Source of the DNA: an uncultured Gammaproteobacteria bacterium
GTDB lineage: Bacteria; Patescibacteriota; Microgenomatia; UBA8517
DNA: 64,000 nucleotides
Assembly: GCA_964599625.1 (NCBI GenBank)
Contig: CAZRGC010000001.1
Span: 51,019-115,018, forward strand
Reading direction: 5' to 3'
In this document: positions 56,370-64,000 of the stretch, piece after piece
Layout: the number at the start of each line of letters is the position of its first letter
Numbering within the stretch: position 1 is the stretch's first letter
Made by a program: the position numbers and the translations under genes
The notes under the pieces: model-generated
The model's input: the letters and a program-made list of their open reading frames with translations, nothing else
Told to the model about the DNA's origin: nothing
The model's database searches: none

Positions 56370-57290
56370 ATGAACCTCTTGAAGAAGGTGATCCCAATCA
56401 TTTTGGCTCTCACGTTCGTCCTTACCGCGTGTGGAAACCCTGCTCCTCAGGACACGGCCCCGGCTCTGCCGAAGCTTGATCCTGTTGCAATTTTGGCTCA
56501 GGCCCGCACGTACTATAAAGGCGGCGTGGATCGCGAAAGCAACATCACCGTTCTCTGGCGCAAGTACGAACTCGCCCTCAACAACCTCCGCCTCGGCGCG
56601 AAGGACCTGATGGGTGTGGCAAATGCTTGTTCCGCCAGTGTCGCCCAGACTGAGTCGACGATCGCCCAGGCCGCAACCGGCAACATGGACGGAGACGCGA
56701 TCTTCAGTGCGTTGGTGACAAACTCGATCAGTGGTGAACAGGCCACAACCGAGTGCGTTCAGGTGTTCCGTCAGTTGGCCGATTACATCGTTGCCAACCG
56801 CGCGGCCGTGCAAAATGCCAATCTCATGGCTTTCGAAGCGGCTGTGGAATATCAGAACTATACCTCCAGCTTTCCCGAGGTCGATTTCATGAACGACCTC
56901 ATGCAAACCTATGGGAACACCCAGAAGGTCTACGAAAAGTTGGCGGAAAATGGTATCGGCGTCTCTGATTGGTCCTGGCTTCCCACTGCGAACCTTTGGG
57001 TCAGCCACACTGATAAGAATTTGTGCCAATACTACATCAGCGGCGAATTCATGAACAACATTGCGTATTCTGCGAAGCTCAAGTTCACCGGCCACGAGTC
57101 GGCGCTCGCGCTTCTGTACGAATCCACATGGAACCCTGCGGCCAATGGCGGTACCGGCGAATGCCGAATGACACGCTACGCGGCTTTGGAGTACATGACC
57201 CGCTCGATCGTGAGCGCGGACACGCAATCAATCATCGAGTCCGGCCAGGACACCGAATTGTTCCCGGCTACGGCTACACCCGTTCCTTAA
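56370..57290 (+). CDS. LemA-like helical lipoprotein
   Basis: Lipobox LTACG; helical core FRQL...I.ANR...EYQNY.SSFP and C-terminal IVSADTQ.IIESGQD; SD AAGGAG. Confidence 0.55.
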   Translation: MNLLKKVIPIILALTFVLTACGNPAPQDTAPALPKLDPVAILAQARTYYKGGVDRESNITVLWRKYELALNNLRLGAKDLMGVANACSASVAQTESTIAQAATGNMDGDAIFSALVTNSISGEQATTECVQVFRQLADYIVANRAAVQNANLMAFEAAVEYQNYTSSFPEVDFMNDLMQTYGNTQKVYEKLAENGIGVSDWSWLPTANLWVSHTDKNLCQYYISGEFMNNIAYSAKLKFTGHESALALLYESTWNPAANGGTGECRMTRYAALEYMTRSIVSADTQSIIESGQDTELFPATATPVP

Positions 57291-57303
57291 GGAGAAGAGA
57301 ACA

Positions 57304-57990
57304 ATGGATCCTATCACCATTTTGTTTGTTGCGACCGGCCTTCTGGCCGCGTTCAGCTTCGCCGGCAAGAATATCCGGGACACATTCCTGGCTTCTGACA
57401 GCGACGGCTTTCAACCTCTCCTGCTCGGCATCGTGCTCGCGCTTTTGGGCCTCGGGGTTGGTCTCTTCGATGTGACCGGTGGTTTGTTGCTCAAGGGTTT
57501 GGGAGTCCTCTTTGTGGGTTATGGAGCATTCGTGCTTCTCCCCGAAGGGATCACAGACTTCCTGGTCAACCCTGTGGCTGGCATTGTCTATACAGTCGTT
57601 TCGCTCTGGGCGTTCTTTTCAGTCCCGGCCACGATGGCTGTCACGACTGCCTATGTCATGCGTCTCGTTGCCCCAACCTTCATTGCGGCGATGTTTGCCA
57701 CCCTCGGCGCCCTGGCGTTCACAAGTGACTCCTTCAAGGATCACCTGAGCCAGCAAGTTGGCGGCGGCATCTTTGCTGTGGTTGGTCTTGCCTTCGGTGC
57801 ACTGGCTTTAACGGCCGGTACGTTCGAATTGGCGATCATTGCATCTGGTCTCGGCGGCTTACTCTTCATCCTCGGGGTGTTGGTACTAGTCGGTTCAGAC
57901 ACAGTGGAAGGTTTTCTGACCACCAAGGCGGCATTCGTCTGGTTGCCCCTCATGGCAGTCGCAGGCGCTTTCGCCCGTTTCCTGTTCTAG
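57304..57990 (+). CDS. Polytopic membrane protein with internal duplication
   Basis: About 8 TM; two similar halves (FAGKNIRDTF..ITDFL and FTSDSFKDHL..VEGFL); SD AAGGAG. Confidence 0.7.
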   Translation: MDPITILFVATGLLAAFSFAGKNIRDTFLASDSDGFQPLLLGIVLALLGLGVGLFDVTGGLLLKGLGVLFVGYGAFVLLPEGITDFLVNPVAGIVYTVVSLWAFFSVPATMAVTTAYVMRLVAPTFIAAMFATLGALAFTSDSFKDHLSQQVGGGIFAVVGLAFGALALTAGTFELAIIASGLGGLLFILGVLVLVGSDTVEGFLTTKAAFVWLPLMAVAGAFARFLF

Positions 57991-58023
57991 TAACAGGCGC
58001 TTAGCAGTATATTCTTGGTTTAA

Positions 58024-58066
58024 TCGGGGAACCGGGTCATTCACAAAAATGATTCCGGTTCCCCGA
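58024..58066 (+). terminator. Strong hairpin after the lipoprotein operon
   Basis: TCGGGGAACCGG...CCGGTTCCCCGA perfect 12 bp stem; T-run is offset. Confidence 0.65.
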
Positions 58067-58141
58067 AACTCACACTTTTTACTTCAATATTTCAACCTAC
58101 TTTTTATATCTCTCAACTATTTTTGTAATAATTTTTCCCAC

Positions 58142-58179
58142 AAAAAAATCCCCGCCCATGGAAACTCCACGAACGGGGA
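58142..58179 (-). terminator. Intrinsic terminator of 58194-58547
   Basis: TCCCCG...CGGGGA stem preceded by an A7 run on the plus strand. Confidence 0.65.
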
Positions 58180-58193
58180 CAAGCCCGACAACT

Positions 58194-58547
58194 TTAGTTG
58201 AACATAGCGTCATTAGCATCAAGGCCAAATATGGCCGCGATTCCGACAATGACCGCAGGTGTCAGGTAGGTGGCAATCACGAATAACAGCAAAGCCTCAA
58301 TGATTTGCCCAACTATCCAGAGCACTGCTCCAATTGCTCCCAGGACCCAGATCGAACTGAAGATGTTGGCAAAGAAAGCCATGATTCCTGCCCAAAGCAC
58401 CAGGTTAATCACATCCACCGGCTCGGCCGGTAAAAGTGCACAAAGGGCGATGATGATCACGACAATCTTCACCAGGGGTGAGAGGTTTTTGAATACTGCA
58501 ATTGGCCAGTCGTTCAAGTTATCGAACAGATCTGTCAATATTGACAT
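58194..58547 (-). CDS. Small hydrophobic membrane protein
   Basis: SD AAGGAG before ATG 58547; three to four TM segments. Confidence 0.65.
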   Translation of the reverse strand: MSILTDLFDNLNDWPIAVFKNLSPLVKIVVIIIALCALLPAEPVDVINLVLWAGIMAFFANIFSSIWVLGAIGAVLWIVGQIIEALLLFVIATYLTPAVIVGIAAIFGLDANDAMFN

Positions 58548-58636
58548 GGTTGTTCTCCTTAAGGTACAAACGGTTTGAGCCCGAATTTTATCACATTTGG
58601 CCAATTTAAGGCTGTTTGGGTTATACTTGTCATAAC

Positions 58637-59719
58637 ATGCAGGAAATAAAACAAAAAATTGCCGAACTTTTGACACGTTTGACAGATTTGACGAATGCTT
58701 TAAATATTCCTGATAAGCAGAAAAAAATTGAGGAACTGACTGTCAAATCCGCCGACCCAAATCTCTGGGATAATCAGGAAGAAGCAAGAAGTGTTACCCA
58801 AGAACTTTCCGACCTCAAAAAAGAATTAGAAGAAGTTGAAGAATTAACTCAAAATTTGGAAATAATCAAAGTACTCTCGGACGATTCTTCCCAGGAGGAA
58901 AACTTACAAACAGAGGTTGCCAAAGCCGAAAAGTTTATGGAAAAGCTGGAACTCAAATCATTTTTGTCAGGCGAATACGATGGTAAGAATGCAATTCTTT
59001 CCATACATGCAGGTCAGGGTGGAACCGAGGCAATGGATTGGTCCAATATGATTTACAGAATGTATACACGTTTTTGTGAGATAAGAGGTTGGAAGTCACA
59101 AATTCTAGAATATTCGGCAGGGGAAGAGGCTGGTATCAAAAGTGTAACAATAAAAGTTTTGGGACATTATGCCTACGGTTATCTCAAAGGAGAAGCAGGA
59201 ACCCATAGACTTGTCAGACAATCACCATTCAATGCAGACAAACTAAGACAAACTTCATTTGCTCTTGTCGAAGTTATGCCCGAACTTTCCGATGTTGACT
59301 TGCGTGATATAGAAATCAAGGAAGACGATTTAGATTGGCAGTTCATTCACGCAGGTGGGCACGGCGGCCAAAATGTGAATAAAGTTGCCACGGCAGTACG
59401 GCTTACACACATCCCTTCCGGAATAGTCATCACCGCATCCACCGAAAGGTTTCAGGAGCAAAACCGAAAGATTGCAATGGATCTTTTGAGAGGAAAGCTT
59501 TGGCTCATGCAGCAAGAAATTGCCAAAGGTCTCAAAAAGGAATTAAAAGGCGACTACAGACCTGCATCTTGGGGAACGCAAATCAGAAGTTATGTGCTTC
59601 ATCCATACAAAATGGTTAAAGACTTAAGAACAGATGTCGAAACAGGAAATACTGATGCCGTTTTAGACGGGGAAATAGATCTTTTTATCGATGCCGAACT
59701 CAAGTCAGTGGGTAGATAA
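58637..59719 (+). CDS. prfB: Peptide chain release factor 2 (no internal frameshift)
   Basis: AGQGGTEAMDW, EAGTHRLVRQSPF (SPF), GGQNVNK, WGTQIRSYVLHPY. Confidence 0.96.
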   Translation: MQEIKQKIAELLTRLTDLTNALNIPDKQKKIEELTVKSADPNLWDNQEEARSVTQELSDLKKELEEVEELTQNLEIIKVLSDDSSQEENLQTEVAKAEKFMEKLELKSFLSGEYDGKNAILSIHAGQGGTEAMDWSNMIYRMYTRFCEIRGWKSQILEYSAGEEAGIKSVTIKVLGHYAYGYLKGEAGTHRLVRQSPFNADKLRQTSFALVEVMPELSDVDLRDIEIKEDDLDWQFIHAGGHGGQNVNKVATAVRLTHIPSGIVITASTERFQEQNRKIAMDLLRGKLWLMQQEIAKGLKKELKGDYRPASWGTQIRSYVLHPYKMVKDLRTDVETGNTDAVLDGEIDLFIDAELKSVGR

Positions 59720-59765
59720 TATTTTGAATTTGCGTTTTGACAACCCACTTTGATATATTGAATCC

Positions 59766-60236
59766 ATGCAGCAAATCAACCCAGGTCTTGGTGGGGTTCA
59801 AAAACAAGTAACAAAAGCTTTTGGAAGTTTTGATATCAAAAAACATTGGGGGTATATTCTTGGCGCACTTTTGGTGGTCCTGGCAGGAGTCGGAAGTGGC
59901 GGGTTTATCTCTCAAAAACTACTGGGGACATCTCCCCAAACAATTTCTTCAGGAGCAGCTCCCGGCGCAAAAGTAACGGATAACGAAGCTGGGATGTTGG
60001 ACTCCAACACAAAGTACGACGAGGCAACGGGTGATCTCAAAGAAGAAGGCATAGGCAACGAAGGCACACACCATCTAGAACGCGACGGTGGACCCAGCAG
60101 ATATGTTTATCTCACCTCAAGTGTTATTGATCTTCAAAGTTTTGTCGGCAAAAAGGTCCAAGTTTGGGGCCAAACGCTTGCTTCCAAAAAGGCTGGCTGG
60201 CTAATGGATGTCTCCAAAATCAAAGTAGTTGAATAA
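59766..60236 (+). CDS. Hypothetical membrane-anchored protein
   Basis: One TM then a small beta-rich domain. Confidence 0.65.
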   Translation: MQQINPGLGGVQKQVTKAFGSFDIKKHWGYILGALLVVLAGVGSGGFISQKLLGTSPQTISSGAAPGAKVTDNEAGMLDSNTKYDEATGDLKEEGIGNEGTHHLERDGGPSRYVYLTSSVIDLQSFVGKKVQVWGQTLASKKAGWLMDVSKIKVVE

Positions 60237-60304
60237 AACAGTTCAGGGAAATGTTGTTTTGGGCTGGTAATTATACTTTTCACTTGATAATGTAAATTCT
60301 GCGT

Positions 60305-61015
60305 ATGGCCGAAGAAAAAAAAGAAATGGTTCATCTTAAGAACGTTACCAAACGTTTTGGTTCGGTTTCTGCAGTTTCAGAGATAAGCTTTGATGTTTCC
60401 AAGGGTGAATTTGTTTTTTTGACAGGACCTTCTGGTGCGGGCAAGACCACTATTTTAAAAATGATTCTTGGTGAGTTTTCTCCAGACAGCGGACAGATCG
60501 TTGTTGGTGGTAGAAATGTGCATTCACTAAAGCCGTCTGAAGTGCCCGAATACAGACAAAAAATTGGCACAGTTTTCCAAGATTTCAAAATTCTTCCTGA
60601 GCGTACTGTTGGTGAAAATGTAGAAGTTGCACTTGCCGTAATTGGACTTTCGGAGTCCGGTTGGAGCGAACGAGTCATGCATGTTCTTAAACTTGTTGGC
60701 CTTTCCAAAAATGTGAATATGTTTCCATCACAACTTTCAGGTGGGGAATTACAGCGTGTTTCTTTGGCTCGCGCGTTGGCTGTGAACCCATCGCTACTTT
60801 TGGCAGATGAGCCCACCGGAAATCTTGACTGGGACACATCAGATACAATAATGGAACTCTTTGAAAAAATCGCATCAGAAGGTAAAACAATTATCATGGC
60901 TACCCATAATATGGAGATTATAAAAAAGTACAAAAAAAGAGTTATACATATAGTTGACGGAAAAGTGACAGACAAGTCGGGCGGGAGTAAGATGGACTCT
61001 AAGAATAATGGCTAA
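60305..61015 (+). CDS. ftsE: Cell division ATP-binding protein FtsE
   Basis: FLTGPSGAGKTT, VFQDFKIL, LSGGELQRV, LADEPTGNLD; upstream of ftsX. Confidence 0.9.
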   Translation: MAEEKKEMVHLKNVTKRFGSVSAVSEISFDVSKGEFVFLTGPSGAGKTTILKMILGEFSPDSGQIVVGGRNVHSLKPSEVPEYRQKIGTVFQDFKILPERTVGENVEVALAVIGLSESGWSERVMHVLKLVGLSKNVNMFPSQLSGGELQRVSLARALAVNPSLLLADEPTGNLDWDTSDTIMELFEKIASEGKTIIMATHNMEIIKKYKKRVIHIVDGKVTDKSGGSKMDSKNNG

Positions 61016-61925
61016 TATTCATATCAAGACTGCGTTAGGGTATGTAAGGCGTTCGCCGTTTCAAGCATTGGCAGCCATATCGGTTTTGTTGCTAACTTTT
61101 TTTGTTGCCACGTTAGTTTCTGTTTTGGTTTATTCTTCATCAAAACTAATAGGATATTTCGAGACTAGGCCCCAGGTTATCGCATTTCTCAAAAGTGATG
61201 CAAAAGAAGATGAAATTTCTACCCTTCAACACAAGCTGGAAAAAGATGATCGCATAAAAGAAGTTAAATATGTTAGCAAAGAGGAAGCATTATCTATTTA
61301 CAAAACAGCCACCAGCGACAATCCATTATTGGGGCAACTTGTGAGCCCTTCTATATTTCCTTCGTCATTGGAATTTTCGGTTAACGATCTCAATTTTGCA
61401 CAAAAAGTAATAGAAGATGTTAAAGGTGAGTCAATTGTTGACTCCGTTGGTTTCACAGCTGCGTTGGGTGGTGAGTCCAGTCTCAACGAGGTGGTGTCCC
61501 GACTCAGAACAATCACGTCTTATGTCAAAGTTGGAGGTGTGTCTTTTGTGGGAATACTTGCACTTACTTCATTTGTTGTTCTTTTGATAATCATAAGTTT
61601 AAGAATGAGCACAAGGCGTGATGAGGTGGAAATTCTCAATTTGATAGGTGCAACAAAAGGTTTCATAAGGAGTCCAATAATAATAGAAGCGGTTATATAT
61701 GCAGTTTTGGGTGTATTTCTGGGGTGGGCCATCACCTTTATAGCTGTCCTTTATTTTGCACCTTCGGCTGTGACATACTTCGGCGACATCCCGGTTCTCC
61801 CCAAAGACGCAATAGGAATATTTGAACTTTTTGGAATAATTCTCGGAGTGGAACTTTTGGCCGGTTTCGTTCTTGCCTTTTCGGGAAGCCTTCTTGCCGT
61901 ATCACGTGCCAGGAAAGCAAAATGA
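61008..61925 (+). CDS. ftsX: Cell division permease FtsX
   Basis: Four TM, YVSKEEAL, RRDEVEIL.LIGATKGFIR.P..IE. Confidence 0.9.
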   Translation: MANIHIKTALGYVRRSPFQALAAISVLLLTFFVATLVSVLVYSSSKLIGYFETRPQVIAFLKSDAKEDEISTLQHKLEKDDRIKEVKYVSKEEALSIYKTATSDNPLLGQLVSPSIFPSSLEFSVNDLNFAQKVIEDVKGESIVDSVGFTAALGGESSLNEVVSRLRTITSYVKVGGVSFVGILALTSFVVLLIIISLRMSTRRDEVEILNLIGATKGFIRSPIIIEAVIYAVLGVFLGWAITFIAVLYFAPSAVTYFGDIPVLPKDAIGIFELFGIILGVELLAGFVLAFSGSLLAVSRARKAK

Positions 61926-63106
61926 CACTAAAAATAAATGGAACAAAGATATTTCTATTTGCGCTAGGCCTTTTAGCATTTTTGGCCCTCACTCCGCGTT
62001 TGGTTTCTGGCGATGATTGTGACAATATTCCATCGGACAAAGACCATATTTCACAAAAAATACAGTGCCTCACAGGCAAGATTTCTCAGTTAAACACACA
62101 AGCCTCAACTCTCAAAAATCAAATTTCGCAATTTGATGCACAAATCAAACTGACAACTCTTAAAATCACAGATACCCAAAACAAGATCAGTCTTTTGGGC
62201 GGACGCATAGATCAATTGGAAGTTTCCATGAACGATCTCACCAAGGCTTTTTCCGGGCGGGCAGTCGAGACATACAAAATGTCCAGGTTCTCCGACGCTG
62301 TTGTCTTTGTTATGGCTGCGGAGGATTTAACCAATGCCGTATCCAGATATCATTATCTGCAAAAAATTCAGGAAGCAGACAGAAGTCTTTTAACCCGCCT
62401 TCAGGAGACCCAAACAATGTACCAGGGACAAAAGGTTGATCAGGAAACACTGCAAAAACAACTAACCGCTCAACAGCAAAACTTGAATTCCCAAAAGACA
62501 GCCAAAGCTAGACTTTTGAAAGATACTCAAAATAGTGAAGTCAGGTATCAACAACTACTGGCAGAAGCAAAAGCAGAGTACGAAGCCATTCAGGGAATTT
62601 TGGCCGGCAAAGGAAAAGAAACCGAAGTTGGCAAGGTTAATGCAGGTGATAAAATCGCAAGTGTTATTCAGGGTTCTTCCTGTAATTCCGGCGGGACCCA
62701 TTTACATTTTACTGTAAGTAGCGGTGGGGTAACACAAAACCCATTTAACTATCTCAAAGGCGGTGTTGATTATGTTAACTGTTCAGGGTCAGGTTGTGGA
62801 TCAAGTGACGGTGACAGCTTTAACCCTTCCGGGTCTTGGGATTGGCCAATTAGTCCAAAAATAAAATTTAACCAGGGATACGGAGCAACCTGGGCCGTTA
62901 GAAACACGTATGTTGGAAAAATTTATAACGCCCACAACGGAATAGATATAACAAGTGATTCACCGGATGTGCGCGCGGTCAAAGCAGGAACCTTATATAG
63001 AGGAAGCTATGTAGGTGGTGGTGGTTGTTCTTTGCGGTATGTCAGAGTTCACAACGACGATGGAGGGTTGGATGTTTTCTATCTTCATGTAAACTACGTG
63101 TTGTAG
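61922..63106 (+). CDS. EnvC/PcsB-like coiled-coil protein with M23-like domain
   Basis: Signal peptide, long coiled coil, HLHF, HNGID, YLH; follows ftsEX. Confidence 0.75.
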   Translation: MTLKINGTKIFLFALGLLAFLALTPRLVSGDDCDNIPSDKDHISQKIQCLTGKISQLNTQASTLKNQISQFDAQIKLTTLKITDTQNKISLLGGRIDQLEVSMNDLTKAFSGRAVETYKMSRFSDAVVFVMAAEDLTNAVSRYHYLQKIQEADRSLLTRLQETQTMYQGQKVDQETLQKQLTAQQQNLNSQKTAKARLLKDTQNSEVRYQQLLAEAKAEYEAIQGILAGKGKETEVGKVNAGDKIASVIQGSSCNSGGTHLHFTVSSGGVTQNPFNYLKGGVDYVNCSGSGCGSSDGDSFNPSGSWDWPISPKIKFNQGYGATWAVRNTYVGKIYNAHNGIDITSDSPDVRAVKAGTLYRGSYVGGGGCSLRYVRVHNDDGGLDVFYLHVNYVL

Positions 63107-63141
63107 ACTTTTGGAATAATTAAAAAGTTAGAGTTGTAATA

Positions 63142-63927
63142 ATGCAAATAACACGTAGAACAAAAATAGTTGCGGCAGTTTCTGTTTTTGTAGTAACTTT
63201 TGGTTTACTTGCCAAAAATATATTTGCAGCAAGTGTAACGATTACAAACCTTCCGGCAAACATAACCGCAGAGACAGACTTTCAGGTGGCATTTGTTGTT
63301 AATGGGGCAGTCCCAGGGTCCCATTACTATTCAAAAGGTCTTGGTGGTCCAAGTTTCACCAATATTGATACCTGGAATGGGGGTTGGTTGCAGCAAAACG
63401 ATGCATGGACTTCCATGCCCGATTTCAACCCGACAGAAAGTACATATTCCGGAACTATAAAATTGCGTTTTGATGGTTCAGTATCTGCAGGTTCACACCA
63501 GGTAAAAATAAGGATTAAAGAATCCGGCAACGATAATTATATAGATTCGGATATTCAAAATACCAATGTAGCACCTGCTCCCACCCCTACACCAACCCCA
63601 TCTGCAACTCCTGTTCCCACTCCCACATCAACACCTGTTTCTACAAAATCACCAACCCCCACCCCCATAAAAACCAAGTCACCAACTCCCGTTTCCACAC
63701 CAACACCTCAAGTATTGGCAGTTCAAACAGACAACCCTTCACCCGAATCATTGGAAACACTGTTACCTGAACAGACTTCACAGCCTGAATCCAAATCTCC
63801 AATAGATCCCAAAAAGAAAGTAATGATAATTTCGATAATAATTATTTCAGTTGGAATTTTAATTACGGGAGTTGCTGGTTTTTTAGCATACAAAAAAGCC
63901 AAGATGCCAGGTGAACCTCTGGTATAA
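63142..63927 (+). CDS. Exported protein with Pro/Thr-rich stalk and C-terminal membrane anchor
   Basis: Signal peptide, beta-rich domain, PT repeats, C-terminal TM. Confidence 0.7.
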   Translation: MQITRRTKIVAAVSVFVVTFGLLAKNIFAASVTITNLPANITAETDFQVAFVVNGAVPGSHYYSKGLGGPSFTNIDTWNGGWLQQNDAWTSMPDFNPTESTYSGTIKLRFDGSVSAGSHQVKIRIKESGNDNYIDSDIQNTNVAPAPTPTPTPSATPVPTPTSTPVSTKSPTPTPIKTKSPTPVSTPTPQVLAVQTDNPSPESLETLLPEQTSQPESKSPIDPKKKVMIISIIIISVGILITGVAGFLAYKKAKMPGEPLV

Positions 63928-64000
63928 TATTTTAGTGAAAGAGAAAAACAATTATCAATCCAGGCTTATTAAAAAAATCTTGTTATGGTCCCCCCCGATA

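Noticed and set aside
58637-58720. prfB programmed +1 frameshift
   Set aside because: The reading frame is open from ATG 58637 to the stop; there is no in-frame CTT-TGA site.
63570-63710. Repetitive ACACCA/ACCCC DNA
   Set aside because: Explained by the Pro/Thr-rich linker of the encoded protein.

Overview
AT-rich bacterial chromosome segment whose gene set and largely Shine-Dalgarno-free, apparently leaderless gene starts suggest a Patescibacteria (CPR, Microgenomates-like) host; this taxonomy is inference. Housekeeping genes include rarA, secA, queA, tgt, prfB and ftsEX-envC. Four accessory blocks stand out. (1) An NrtR regulator followed by a PP2C / Ser-Thr kinase / nicotinamidase / vWA operon (2.5-8.0 kb). 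(2) A ~16.8 kb large-serine-recombinase element integrated inside the 3' end of secA. Its att sites can be reconstructed to the crossover AA dinucleotide (11598-11599 and 28381-28382), and it supplies SecA with a new C-terminal tail. It carries one tightly packed defence operon: PLD-SNF2 helicase, type IIG RM, CD-NTase plus NucC (CBASS without HORMA/TRIP13), GmrSD-HEPN and a membrane trypsin-like protease. (3) A PI3/4-kinase-like / vWA / MoxR operon (28.4-34.3 kb). (4) A GC-rich TPM-like / LemA-like lipoprotein operon (54.4-58.0 kb). The four transcription units at 3.5, 48.2, 54.4 and 58.5 kb have Shine-Dalgarno sites and share a boxA-like leader motif. No rRNA, tRNA or CRISPR array was seen. 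All family calls come from motif recognition by eye; no searches were run.
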